Positions 1 to 13,348 of a stretch of DNA of 64,000 bases are shown here, piece after piece. The translations under genes were made by a program, and so were the position numbers. The notes under the pieces are model-generated. The model ran no database searches, had not been told where the DNA came from, and saw only the letters and a list, made by a program, of their open reading frames with translations. Origin of the DNA: Diadema antillarum (lineage: Eukaryota); the NCBI RefSeq assembly GCF_040938485.1, contig NW_027272205.1, forward strand, positions 62,001 to 126,000, written 5' to 3'. Every line of letters starts with the position of its first letter. Positions within the stretch are counted from its first letter, which is position 1.

Positions 1-416
1 ATAAGCTCGCCGAGACTCCCTCATCAGCCCAAGTGTAGAGTTCGTTGTAAGTGATTGTATAATTACATGTCTGATTTTCCTGTTCCTTTGGTCATTCTTT
101 GAAGACGGTATTAAAATCCTGTTTTTCACATTCCTATTGGTCCTCGATCCCCGTATCAGGAAGTTTCCACTCTTTTGTCTGAAACTCACAAAAAAAAATT
201 TTTTCTTTTCCTAAAGTTTCCTCCAAAACCATACGTAACAAGAACAAGAACTTGAAAAGAAGTGTAACCAGATCGTATGGTATACCGTACGTGCCAAATT
301 AAACTGCCTCATTGTGTACTGCAGTGTACACATCAATGTTCCGTCTGTATACATTTTATAGGCCTATCTAAGAGGCTGCACTGTACCAAGGGAACAGCTA
401 AAAAGTCACTCAAAAA

Positions 417-440
417 TACAGACACAGACACAGACACACA

Positions 441-475
<35 letters not shown>
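417..475. repeat. (CAGA)/(CA)n microsatellite
   Basis: Direct reading. Confidence 0.95.
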
Positions 476-481
<6 letters not shown>

Positions 482-501
482 ACATAGAAACTACCCTCAT
501 A

Positions 502-3500
502 TTTTTATGCCTCCGCCAACGAAGTGGCCGGAGGCATTATGTTTTCGGGTCGTCCGTCCGTCCGTCCGTCCGTCCGTCCCGTTTTGTTTTTGTCGATATC
601 TCAAGAACCGTGAGGTGGTTTTGCATCAAACTTGGTATGAGGGTATATCCTGGGGGGATGTTACTTTGTTTGGATTTTAGGGTCACGGAGTCAAAGGTCA
701 AAGGTCACAGGTTATTTTGTGAAAAAAGGTTGAAATTTCATGTTTTTCTCCATATCTCGCAAATGGTTCAAGGTATCTTCATGGAACTTAGTATATATGC
801 ATGTACCGATGGGCAGTGATTATCTAGGGAAGTTGGGGGTCATGTGTCAAAGGTCAGGGGTCAAAGGTCAAGGTCAACTCCTCAAAATATCACTACTTTC
901 CTTATATTTATGCAATGCCTGAAGGATTTTTTTTAACTTGATATATGCATGTATAACCCAATATATATTCTGTGGGAAGTTTCTTGCCAAAAGGTCAAAG
1001 GTCAAAGGTCAAGTTAAAGTACTAAATTGCACTTCTTCCTCCATATCTCAAAAGTAACTCAAGGTATTACAGTGAAACCCCGTTATAACGAGTTCGGTTA
1101 CAACGAGGAACCGCTTATAACGAGGTGATCGTGTCGGTCCCGTTTTCCTTTGCGTGTAAACCTATGGCAAAACGAATCGGTTATAACGAGTTCGGTTATA
1201 ACGAGATTCCGGTTATAACGAGGACATATTTGGCGCATCATGATAAAGAAAAACATAAGAAATTTGGTCGGATATAACGAGGTACCATTTTTTGACTTGC
1301 CGCTTTTCAAACACGCGGCAAACGAAACATTGAAAATCGAATTCACGCTATCCATGTCTTTTCCCGTTTTGCAGAGAACGGTTCCTTCCACGTTTTCTTC
1401 TAAACCGCGCAATAAGACACATTAATACCATCAGATGTTCCTACTAAATTATTAAACATAATCATTCGATTTTCTTTTTCGCGAGATCACACGCGTGCGC
1501 AATGTTGTAGGTCAGACCACAGCGCAACAAGGGAAAAAAGATAACCACTCAAAAACTTTTTGCATGTAACGACACTCGTGGCAAATATGGAAATTGGAAT
1601 GCGTGTGCAACTCAACATTTATTATCCTTTCCATTTGTAGTCCCGACTTCCAGTTCTTTCGCTGGTGCTGGTTAGCAAATATGAGTGTATGATTATAGCC
1701 GAAATAATTAATGACTTCACGATCTCGCCGGGTGACAGTAGCGTAAAAATAAAACGCGAAGGGATTTTCGGAAGAAGATAAAGAACGCATCTTTAATCCC
1801 TTCAGGCGCAACGATAATACATTGTATGAGATTACAGCCGAAATGATTCATGAAACCATCGCATTCCCGCTGGGCACCAACAGCGTAAAATAACCTCGCA
1901 AGTTCCGGTAAACGACACATGTATGTTACTCTGAAATCATCGCGATCTCGCCGGATATGACAGTAGCGTAAAAATAGTTGAATAACGCATGTTAAGCTAC
2001 TTTAATCGGTGTTCAGAAGAAGAAACAAACGCATTTAAAAATTTGAATAGATCTGGGTTTGATCATTATCACAATTTTAACAACGCATTTCACAATGAAG
2101 ATTTTTCTTTCTTTAAGAATGGTCTACGAGGAACAGATATGCGTAAAAAGGATCACAACTTGACCTTCTAACTTCAATCCTGTCGCATATTTTTCAAGAA
2201 CGGACGTACAAAACGCGAAGAAGAAAATGAACAACGCATCTTCAATCCCTTCGGGGGCAACGAACATTGTATAAGATTACAGCCGAAATGATTCATGAAA
2301 TCATCGCATTCCCGCTGGGCACGAACAGCGTAAAAATACCCCGCAAGTTACGGTAAACGACTCATGTATGTTATTCTGGAATCATCGCGATCACGCCGGT
2401 TGACAGTAGCGTAAAAATAGTTAAATAGCGCATTAATCGGTGTTCAAAAAAAGAAACAAACGCATTTAACAATTTGAATAAATCTGGGTTTGTTTATTAT
2501 CACAATTTTAACAACGCATTTCACAATGAAGATTTTCTTTCTTTCAGAATGGTCTATGAGGAACAGATCTGCGTAAAAAGGATCACACCTTCTAACTTCA
2601 ATCATGTCGCATATTTTTCAAGAACGGATGTACAAAACGCGAAGAGATTTTCGGAAGAAAAACAACAACGCATTTTAATCCTTTCGGGCGCAACGATCAT
2701 GCATTGTATAAGATTACAGCCGAAATTATTCATGAAATTATCGCATTCCTCCTTGACACCAACAGCGTAAAAATATCTCTCAAATTACGGTAAACAACGC
2801 ATTTGTGTTACTTTATTTGCGCTGGCGTTTAGAAAAATTTAACAAACGCATTTTATACAATCTGATTTTGATATAATATAGAAATAAAAATGATATAGAT
2901 ATAGAATAATCTCCCTTTATTCTCTCGATAATAATGAGCCATAATATTGTGTAATAAAACGCAAAGGATGTTCTTAACTTTCGTTAATGGGTATATTATA
3001 ACGTCGTCCTTATGTTTTTCTTTGTTTTTGATGCGTACGGTTATAACGAGGTACCGGTTATAACGAGGTAATATCGCCGGTCCCACGGACCTCGTTATAA
3101 CGGGGTTTCACTGTATCATGAAACTTACATATTTATGCATGTTCTACCTAACAGTGATTCTCTTTAGAACTGTGAGGTCAAAGGTCAACGGCCAGGTTTA
3201 GATAATACTATTTTACCATTTGATACTGAAATTATACTTTTTCTCAATACCTTGAAAATTACTCAATGCATAAACTTATAAAAGGGTCAAAAGTCAAGTA
3301 AGAATCATCAGTTCCCCCAAATACCTGCACTCTGACGTTTTAATCATTCATCCAATTGAACCTAGTTCTAGGAAAGTGAACATTCAGCACATTTGTGGCA
3401 AACCTGTCATTTTAATATTTTGCCAATTGTGTGAAACTGTCATCACACATTGTCAAGACATTGTACTGTAGACCTATTAGGGGAACCATGCATTATGGCG

Positions 3501-3537
3501 GAGGCATACACCAGTCGCCGTAGCGACATTTCTAGTT
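502..3537 (+). mobile_element. DINE-1/HINE-like (Helentron-associated) non-autonomous element, interrupted by a 2 kb MITE
   Basis: Subterminal inverted repeat TATGCCTCCGCC (506-517) / GGCGGAGGCATA (3497-3508). Partial 5' IR CGGAGGCAT near 529-537. (CCGT)n tract at 549-578. 3' hairpin GTCGC-CGTA-GCGAC (3514-3527) followed by CTAGTT. The internal AGGTCAAAGGTCA-rich unit continues on both sides of the 1070-3113 insertion. Confidence 0.7.
1070..3113. mobile_element. Non-autonomous Tc1/mariner/pogo-type DNA transposon (MITE) with internal ~420-460 bp tandem repeats
   Basis: Perfect 23 bp TIR CAGTGAAACCCCGTTATAACGAG (1070-1092) / CTCGTTATAACGGGGTTTCACTG (3091-3113). TA duplication at 1068-69 and 3114-15. 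Repeated GTTATAACGAG subterminal motifs. The host repeat rejoins across the TA. Confidence 0.9.
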
Positions 3538-6500
3538 ATGAGAATGTATAAGTAAATCCATATTATGTTTTATTAGTCATCCCTGCCATTATCATCGCTC
3601 TTATAGGGACGCATATGGAAACCATTAAATGGAAAGCGAGCAACCTCACTATAAGATTCCATCAAAAAGTGTTTTATTAAGACCCTGATACGTTGTGATT
3701 GGAGACATTTTACTACCAGCCATTCATATTTAACGTACTAGAGCCTTATTTTATTTGCAAGATTTTTATATGTGTATACACATTGTATTTTGACTATACG
3801 ATGACGCAAGTGACGAGTATACTGCCGATGCTGATTTTGACATTGCAGCACTGGACTGATGTATTTATTCATTTATTCATTTGTTTATTTATGTATTCAT
3901 TTAATTGATTAATTATTCATTTATTTATTTATCTATTTATTTATCTAACTATCTATATCCATCCATTTATTTATCCATTGTTTAATTATTTATTCCGTTT
4001 TCTTTTAGCAGCGTAGCCCATGTAAAAACAATTGCTGGGTCTAGAAAAGAACTGAAAACACAAGAGCTAAGAAGGTTATTATTTTTCCTGTAGGCACTTC
4101 ATTTCATATGAATCACCAAAAGTTAGCTTTTGAACCTTGATTTGAGTGGGCACATTTACGTACACATATTTCCTTGTGTGGATTTATGCAATTTCTTCAG
4201 CTATAGCTTATACTTGACTTATCTACACTTATACTGGAAAGCCTATCAATATTACTGCCATCGATTCAAAACTCTTTTTGGTTGCAATCACATTTTAATG
4301 GGACGACGCTCGCATCGTGCAACTCTCTCATTGGCTTGAGCATATAAACTGTCGAATTCATTGATCTTGCAACAGTGACACCCCCCCCCCCCCCCCACAC
4401 ACACACACACACACCACACGGGTGTCTGTTGCCTGATCACGCCACCTTTTATGACTGCACTAAACAAAGATTGTTTATTCTTTTTTTAAATCAGTTCAGG
4501 AAAGTAAATCTTGTGAATAATGGAATGCAAGTAAATGAAAGATTTATGTATATAGATGACATCATCTTCTCATCTTTGTTACACGTGTTATTCTCACAAA
4601 GTAGATGTCTTTCATGTAACTGAAAATATTGATATTTTAGAAGCTTTTTCTCCAGTATCTGACCTCGATTATATTTTCACTGTTTGTTTTTTTCTCGTAC
4701 TTAATTGCATTTGTTATATAGGCCGACTGCATTTCATTAAAGAAATAGCGAAATGGAGAGAGCAGGAGGAAGGTGAGCGTCTCACTTCCCTGGTGTAACC
4801 AGACCGGGACGTGGCAATGAACCTTCGTCCAGGGTTCAAAGGGGGGATCCGGAGCAATAAATAAAGCACCGTGATTGTATTTGCCGTGTAAATGTGAGCC
4901 CGGAACGGCTAGGATTACATACCAGGGGGAAAATGTGAATTGGTGTATGAATAATCTCGTAAAATGAGTTTAAAATCGGGTGGTTAGCAACCTGGTAATA
5001 GTATAGTCACATAGCGCTCAAGGGAGGTGAAGTCGAATACAAAATTAGGTTCGATAAGTTCCGATCCATGCGTGCAAGGTGAGTAAGATCTTGGGTAGAT
5101 TATAGTGTGCTATTTCTCGTTGGCGAAGTTGAATCAGTAGGCCTACTCGCATAAAGTGCATGGCATATATTTATGGATGGTTGCGCTGTATGTTGCATGT
5201 ACTTTTCTGTGTGGCTAGTATTTCAGAGTCGATGTATGTAGAGGCTTCCTCAATATTTTCAGTGAGACGGCAGATTTTTTGCACAGTCTATACAATGCAG
5301 CGTGGTCTCATGATGTTGCAAATATCTTCGGTAATATACTGTAGTAGGCTGTGTAGATAGACGTTTCTCAAGGAAATGTGTTTAGGAAATTATCGCATAC
5401 GACCAACACATGACCTTCAGTGAATCATGTTTTATTACACAAGTATGATTATTCTTTACAGAGCTATCGGACAGAAACTTACACCTGATATTTAGCATGT
5501 GATTCAGAGAGTTGTGCTCATGTTAATTTCCATTGCTTATTGTTCATATTTATACGAATATAATTTTGTGGTTATCTGTTCACGTGTGACGATCTCAGTT
5601 TATCGACAATGTTTGCGCAGAAGCGGTAATAGGGCACGATTAACTTTGCACAGAATCGTGGCTGCGGATGTAGGGCTAAAAGTCCAGAGGTTAATGCACT
5701 CAACGTGAGCGTGCTGACTGACTATCAATACAGGAATAAACGGTCAAAGGGGACGGGAAGGAAGGTTGAGATGTCGTCAGTCATCTAATAAACAAAGCGC
5801 CAAAAATACAATATTCTTTCTTTTTTTGCGATAATATATGAAAGTTACTGTGATCTCTATCTCTATTGTCCACGGGGTCTATTACTCATATTTTTCTACT
5901 CCTATTATTACCACTGATGATAAATGTTGATTATGATGCTATACTTATATGATGATAATAACAACGGTAATAACAATGAAATGCTATATTCATTTTAATT
6001 GTCAACATTTCCAATTCTTGGAAAATCTAGGTCTGTGAAAAATCAGCTTAGCTGTAGTGACTGCATGTGAACCGTATACAGGTCTCGCCACCCAAGTACT
6101 TTAATTGTACCGTATGTCCCAAAAAATTACAACGGTACCCTCCGCAATGATAACTTTAGAATAGTGAATAGTGAATAGTGAATCAATCCAAATACAATTT
6201 CAGGTTACGAAACTATAACTCATTGCCCACATGTTACAGAAAACCCCATTCGATTTGCTTCAGTACCTGGTCAAAGAGAAATGAGGAATTTTGTAGAGCA
6301 CGTCAAGAATCTCTTCCCTCCAAGTTCTGTCTATTGTGTTCACACACAAGAGCATCCAAGTGCTTAACTTGGAAGAATCACACTCATGACATGCTTTACA
6401 ACAATCCACATTTCTCTGTGACCGCTTAACCAAATTGAATGGGGTTTTCTGCAAAATAGAGCTAAGATGTTATATTTTAAGACCCTGAAGTAACATTTAG

Positions 6501-6540
6501 ACAATTTAATCATATTGGGTGATATCAATGCAAAAATCTG

Positions 6541-6571
<31 letters not shown>

Positions 6572-6620
6572 TTGTTTTTGTTTTGTTTTTGTTTTGTTTT
6601 TTTTTTTTTGGGGGGGGGGG
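6541..6620. repeat. (GTT)n microsatellite running into T and G homopolymers
   Basis: Direct reading. Confidence 0.9.
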
Positions 6621-7172
6621 ACATACTGTATATGCTCTACAGGGATTTCTCCATGCAAACTCTTTCATTAGTTCATTTACCCGCATTTTATAGGTTATGG
6701 CTCTCGCTTTACACACAGGGACCGTCGGGGTTTATACTAAAATGTCTCATCCGAAAGACTATTAGATAGAGTGAGATCCCAAAGACACCACTGAAACCAT
6801 AGTGACGATCTGATCATAACCTCTCTCCATACCGAGGCAGGCACTTTAATAGTCACTGTTGTTCCGGCAAAGAGCCCATAGTCTTACGTGCACTGTAGGC
6901 TAGCATTGTTTCAAGTGTACTTTCCACTTACTTTTAGTTTATCACATGGTGCCGTATCGTAAATTCGAGAATGACAAAAGTGAAGAGTGTGAAGGTACTG
7001 TGCGTTTATTTTGCAGATCTGTTTAATGATAGTTACTTAAATCCCAAACAATTTCTTATCTCTTGTTATGTCAAACCGTACGCCCAGTTGGACTGATTTT
7101 TTTTAATTTGTTTGCTTGTTTGTTTGTTTTTTCTTTATTTTCAGACATAATAGTCCAAAAACTTTGACCATT

Positions 7173-10100
7173 ATGATCCGGTTGTTTGATGGAGCATCTC
7201 ACGTGGATGAATATGTCAAATACAGACACGAATGGCCTGCCGAAGTCTTCCAGAGAATCGTGGCATTTCTGTCGGAAAAAGTGGGTTTTCTTTTCTGAAT
7301 AACTATCATTTTGTAATTAGCTCTGTAACGATGTTTTGTAATGATAATAATAAGGTCTTCTTTATTCAGGGCAGCCTCTTCAGTGTTACCACTGCTCTAC
7401 CAGAGGGCCTGCCATTATCATTATCCCAGCGTTGCCAGGTATCCATGAATTTATACACCTGGGTCGAGAGGGACACGGTGGACGTAAGCACTGTAGGCGG
7501 GAATCGAGCGCTAGTCTTCCGACTGGGAGTCGCAAGTCTTGTCCACTATGCCACAGCGTAATGCGGTTGTTAATGATGTTATATTTGAATTTTTAAAGGG
7601 TGTTGAAGAAATGTTAAATGATATTCAAAACTACCATTTTTTTTCTATAGTAATTTCACGTGCGAAGCACGGAAAAACTGTGACGCGATGATATCACCTC
7701 TTTAGTTTATATACAAGACCGTGCAAATGCCGCTGTATCGAGAGTACCACAACTTTCATTCTTCGTTTGCCACACTGTGCAGGAACTTTCATTTTTCGCA
7801 TTTTTAATCTAAATGTATTGATTACTTTATTACGAAAATCAAATTGATTCTTCCTAAAGACCCTCATGTGCCACGGAAAGCGACAGAGAAATGACCTTGA
7901 TGAATATCTAACTTTCTTTGCGTTTTATCCGATCTTCAGAGATCCCCTCCCCACCAGCTAGCCGTCGATGTCGCCTGCGGGTCGGGACAGAGTACATATG
8001 GCTTGGCCCCGTGGTTCGAACGGGTGATCGGCTTCGATATCAGCGAGGCACAAATTGATGCAGCGACCAAAGCGAACTCCGTGAAGCACGTGGAGTTTAA
8101 GTAAGAACTTCACCTACTCGTTGCCCTGTTATATGCAGGTTTAATCTTACAAATACTCGAAGGAACTTTCTATGCAGGCAATTTTTATTTTGTGGTGCAT
8201 TTTTTAAAATCTGCTGTTTATTGCTTGTTTCTTTGGGCATGGGAGTAGAGGTGAACTTATAGTTGAGTGACCGGCACCTCGTCACAGTTAATGTGTATGC
8301 ATGTTTAAATCACATTTCGTCACTGACATTCTATGAAATCCCACTCACATACAGGAAAAATGCTGAAGGTCCCAATAAAACCACAAGTTCACTGATCGAT
8401 ACCGGAAATTTGCAGCTATGGTCGTCAAATGTGAACGATCATGCGATGCGAAATAGTTGTGCGCTAAGGAAGGGGCCCGCAACTCGTCACCCCGCGCTCC
8501 CATAGACAGAGCACGTAAAAGACGCGTGCGGGTGACCGTGATGATACTTATACAGTATAGCACGTATTCCTAATATAGATTTTCACGAAAAATTGTTCGG
8601 TTTTTAAATCAGTTTGCTTAGTTGTTTTAACCGTGAAAAGTTTCAAGCGTGCTGAACACAGTCCTGCGCTTGTTGCAATTTTACGCAGTGTGACGGTATT
8701 AGGGCCCCTGACGAGGTGCAGGTACCTCACTATAATGCTGTTATAGATGCTATTATAATCCACCTTTACTTTCTGTCACTCCCTTGTAGCTATAATATCC
8801 ACATAGGCCACTGTAGGCCGCTCTCTTTGGAGTCGCTTTAAAGATTCCATGGTCACCTTCTCTCACCGCATCCATGAATATATATAACTTCTTTATGTAT
8901 CCCTTTCTTGGTAGCTCCATCCTCATCATCTGTGATCTCTATATCTACTCCTCCCTTAAAGTGGGTATCTCATTGGCTTAAAGACTAAGTGGCAACCTAA
9001 TAACTGATGGCGACTCGAGTCTCCCTGGTCACGGAGACGTCTCCACGAATCCCTTTAGTTGAGACTAATTTTGTTTGTAAAGTCTCCGAGACGTCTCCGA
9101 GACCTTGCAGAGCCCCACGGTGACTTACCGGTGTCAATGTGGAGACATCGTCGCAGTCGACTTCCTGACGAACAAGTTGTCACCTTGTTTGAAGACGTCT
9201 CTGACGTCGCCCTGGACCTTTCTGAGAGCGCAAGTCAATTTTGGGTCTTTCAAGTCGCACTCGAGTCTCGGCGACGCGTCACCGAGACTCGACGTCTCCT
9301 CCAGCAGTCTAGTAAAATACGCCCTTTGACTTGCCCTCGCCGTCTGTCGATCTCCCTCTCTAACCCTATATCCCAAATCACCGCATACCTTCATCGTCAC
9401 TTTCATCCATTTCTTTTATCCCGACCGTTCCCAACCCCTCAGACTCAATCATGTCTCAACATCCGAGTCTGCATCTTCTAACTCCTTGTTCGTGGTCGGA
9501 GGTCCAAAACTTACAACATTGTCCCTTCCTCTTACAGTCAAAATATGTTCACTCTTAACCTCGCTGATACCATTCTGCATCCCGTAAAGCACTTATTGGT
9601 TGTCACTTTAGTCCACTTACCCCCTTTATGATGTGTATTGAACGTAACCCATTTTTTCCGTATAAGTGTTCGTTGATGGGATTCTCAATGGGAAACTTCA
9701 CATTAGACTATTTTGTTGATTGAAACTGTTGATCGTAATCATGATTACATGATGAATCCTTTGATCTCGTACAATTTGTTTTTAGCACGAAAGTATGTAA
9801 CCTCATATTCTCTGACGTTTTACAATAACAACACTGCAGACAGATTGAATGTTACCCTTAAACTTATGCATTTACAGAGTGTCGATGGCAGAGAAGCTCC
9901 CATTAGAAGACTGCTCCGTCGATCTAGTGACGTGCGCCCAAGGAGTCCACTGGCTTGAATTCGACGCATTCTTCGCCGAAGCTCGCCGGGTGTTGAAGCC
10001 GGGTGGTTGCCTGGCCGTATACGGTCACGCAAGAGGGTATCCGGATCACGCGGATCCAGGCGTCAAAGAGATGCTAACGAGTGCGTTTAGGAAGGTGAGT

Positions 10101-12795
10101 ATATTATATATACTGAAGGGCAAGGGATGGTGCTCTGACATTGGCATCTCACCAGATCAGGGCATGCGCACACAACACCAGAAACTAAAGTTACAAAGTA
10201 TACACACATTGCGTGGACAACCAAACGACGCCCCGCCAAGAACGAGCAGAAAAGGTCAACAACACATTAGAACCCTCAACAATGGTAGCATCAACATTCG
10301 GACATCTTAATTCCTTTCAAAATGGAAAAGGTTATATTATTGCAAACTGTATGAAACAAAGCAATTTTTTAATCTGTTTCTCTTCAGTACACAAACCAAT
10401 AAACATATAGGGCGACCCCCAAGTCATTGTCTTTCGAAACTAGAAATTGTTGGTAAACGCATATAGGACTCTTGTGCATGGCTGGTGACAACTAAGTGAT
10501 GTGAGACATAACATCGAGGCAGGAATAGACTTCAGAGGAATAATAGAAGCAATATATTGGTGACCCCATCTGGAGGAATATATTCCACCGAAGAGAACAC
10601 TTCCACTCTTTGCTCCGGGTACTCCCCGTGTTGTCATGCGTTGCTTTTTCCTAAGAATGAACGAAAAAATATCATGATATATTTTGATTTTAAAAAAAAG
10701 CAAACCGAAAAGTGACAATCACCATTATCATTGAGTATAATAACCATCATTGTATATCTATTAGTTATCATTCCTATACTCTTTCTACTATTTTTGATAG
10801 ACATATTTATAATGAAATCAATAACTGTATTTCATTCAATTCTACTCTTCACTTTTTCTGACTCGGGTTTCTTTTACTCCTTTGTATAGAGAAACCCATC
10901 TCTGAGTATACTGTCTGACAAACTCAACTATTTTTACTGATTTTTGGAGAATTATTTTGTTGTTGAGATTTTATGCATTTGAAAAGACACATTCAAACAA
11001 CTACAACAACAACAACAAATACTTCTTGACAACGTTTTCAAGTTATAAATTCAAATACATTAAATACATTTAAATACAAAATGATTTTATATTCAAAGTT
11101 ATACATTTTCAGCAAACGTAATACAAAAATGAACATATTATATATAGAAATGAACATCCAAATGTTCGTAAGCACAAGCAAGCAACATCAACACAGACCA
11201 AAGGATTTTCATCACTATCCCCTAATATCCTTAATTTCTTATTAATTGAAGTTTTGACTTTGAATGAGATTGGTGTTTTGTTTTTGTTTTTGTTTTTTTT
11301 TTGTGTTTTTTTTTCGGTCATTTTTTGTGCATTGACACAATACATATTCTTTTTGTCTCCCTTTATATATCCGTAGCTTTATCTCGATGAGTTGCTTCCA
11401 TTCGTGCACGAGCGTCTTCTTATCCTGTATGACAGCTATAAGGATCTTTCCATACCATTTGAGGATTCACTAAGGTGGGTGTCTAAGCCAGCCTTCAAAT
11501 CAATGTCACATGGCCAAGACGGGAAAAAAAAAATCACATTATTTGTAATATAGTAAGATTACAAGGATTATGATGAAATAATGAAGATGATAATAATGGC
11601 AATGATGATAGGAATAATATAAATGACATTACAGCTGTATAATGATATTCATGATAAAAGTAATGAAACCATAGCCAATCCTGAAGGAAAGGTCTACAAA
11701 TGCAGTCAAATTACATGGTTATAGTATTACAGTGTACTCCCGTTATAACGAAGTCATCGGGACCAGCGGTTTCCTTTCGTTATATGGAAATATCGTTATG
11801 GCCGAACAGTATAGTGCTTGATAGATGATAAGTTTTTGGATATGAATTTTGATGTTCGTTGTAACGAGAATTTGTTAAGACCGCTGTTCGTTATAACGGG
11901 AGTACACTGTAAAGCGTTCTTGGAGTCTGGTGTGAGACTCCATAGCCCCATCATGCACTACCGAGTAGGCCTATAGAAACCAGTCTATATATCTGTTTAC
12001 TCCTCTACCTCATGCAGTCATATGAGTGTTCTCTTTGTTTTGAATCTGCCACTTGAATATATGTGTGTGTATTATAACATGCGATTTAGATTTCTTCTTG
12101 GTTTCGTGTTGTGTTTCCTCATTTTGTAACGGTTTTTTAAATAAGATATTCCATTATGTTGTTATTGTTTTGTTTTGTTTTTGGCATAAAAATCTGGATG
12201 CAAGGGAGGACCAAACAGAACATCGCGTTAGAATGACTTTATCTCACGTCCTGGGCTTAGTGAGGAGTTGGTCATCTTACCAACGCGCCGTGGACAAAGA
12301 GCCCTCGCACAAGAGAATACTAGAGGACTTGAAAACAAGGTGAATGAAGAAACTCTCCTATATTCATTGGAATATACAATTTGGCTGTTCNNNNNNNNNN
12401 NNNNNNNNNNNNNNNNNNNNNNNNNNNNNNNNNNNNNNNNNNNNNNNNNNNNNNNNNNNNNNNNNNNNNNNNNNNNNNNNNNNNNNNNNNNNNNNNNNNN
12501 NNNNNNNNNNNNNNNNNNNNNNNNNNNNNNNNNNNNNNNNNNNNNNNNNNNNNNNNNNNNNNNNNNNTACACAATGTGCAAACAAGTTCCCTATTTGGTA
12601 AGTTGAACTAACTTCTCCTTTTTCTGTGCATGCCTTATGAGTACAAAGCTAAATCTTCCATAATTACATACACGTCTTTTTTTTAATTCTCTTTTTCTGA
12701 TTCATTTGAACGATGGGGAAGAAAAGTGAATATCTATTTGATTAATGTAAGGGCACATTTTTTTAGAGCCATACAGTAGAAACATTGTGCCTCTC

Positions 12796-12828
<33 letters not shown>

Positions 12829-13348
12829 TGAGTGTTCGACAGGGAAAACGAGTTCTCTCGCTATAGCTTGCTCCGCTAAAGTGGTACTATGTACAAGACA
12901 CATTTTTAGAAAATAAGTAAAAGTCTTTCAAGCAATGATAGTGATAATATTTGTAGCTCCTTTATGACGCCTTTTCTCATCTTCTGATATTCGTATGTTT
13001 ACAGTTGAGTTGTATGCTCTTATTATTAATATTACCATGATTATTTTATCATCATTATAATTATCAATACCAAGAGACATGGCATCCTGACCTCCTTTTT
13101 TTTTTTTTTTTTTTTTTTTGGAAAGAGCAATTGAGAAAAAAAAGACAGAAGACAGAAATTTGATATGATAAATCTACTTAGTATAGCATAACTCCACATT
13201 AAAAATCTATCGTTTATTCAAATGTTCTTACTTCACTTCCAGAGTGCTTGCTGCCTACGGAACACCTGACGCTTCACCGGACGAAGTCGAGCTCGATATC
13301 GTCTACCCTTTCATCCTTCTTATGGGGCGGAAGCTTGACACGAAATGA
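7173..13348 (+). CDS. Class I SAM-dependent methyltransferase (Methyltransf_11 type; Tmt1/Crg1/DDB_G0268948-like), paralogue 1, 6 coding exons, 274 aa
   Basis: Exons 7173-7280, 7940-8100, 9878-10094, 11377-11474, 12205-12339, 13243-13348. All introns are GT-AG and the frame is preserved (825 nt). Motifs: LF..Y.KYR..WP, motif I VDVACGSGQ, VIGFDISEAQ, AEKLPLEDCSVDLVT, VHW, RVLKPGGCLA, C-terminal FILLMGRK. An N gap lies in intron 5. Confidence 0.9.
7380..7558 (-). mobile_element. tRNA-derived SINE (degenerate) in intron 1 of methyltransferase 1
   Basis: Minus strand shows A-box TGGCATAGTGG (7553-7543), B-box-like GCTCGATTCCC (7509-7499), then CTCGACCCAGGTGTATAAAT, which resembles conserved metazoan SINE central domains. 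Confidence 0.6.
8258..8733. mobile_element. Old non-autonomous DNA transposon with imperfect TIRs
   Basis: Left TATAGTTGAGTGACCGGCACCTCGTCA versus reverse complement of right end TATAGTGAGGTACCTGCACCTCGTCA. The target duplication is unclear. Confidence 0.45.
8780..9620 (-). pseudogene. Decayed RTE-clade LINE fragment (C-terminal part of RT ORF), split by a ~330 bp palindrome-rich insert
   Basis: Minus-strand remnants KWTKVT, SARLRV, ELEDA/RMLR, RDKRN, GDLGYRVRE, MMRMELPRK, FMDAVRE follow the order of the RTE consensus as I recall it, with stops and frameshifts. The insert at about 8985-9330 is rich in GAGACGTCTC and CGACTCGAGTC palindromes. Confidence 0.55.
11730..11909. mobile_element. 180 bp Tc1/pogo-type MITE in intron 4 of methyltransferase 1
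   Basis: TIR CAGTGTACTCCCGTTATAACGAA / TTCGTTATAACGGGAGTACACTG with TA on both sides. It shares the CCGTTATAACGA core with the 1070-3113 element. Confidence 0.9.
12391..12567. other. Assembly gap (177 N)
   Basis: Run of N. Confidence 1.

Noticed and set aside
1-52. Possible exon end with a strong GTAAGT donor at 47-52 (frame 1 ISSPRLPHQPKCRVR)
   Set aside because: Too short and truncated by the window edge; no recognisable protein.
4790-5030. SINE-like decayed sequence (similar stretches at about 6770-6910 and 58300-58570)
   Set aside because: No clear A/B boxes or boundaries, so it cannot be assigned by eye.
10200-10640. Possible LINE endonuclease remnant (NIRTS, GYSP) that extends the 9849-10310 ORF
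   Set aside because: The similarity is weak. The ORF extension is read-through past the exon 3 donor at 10095.
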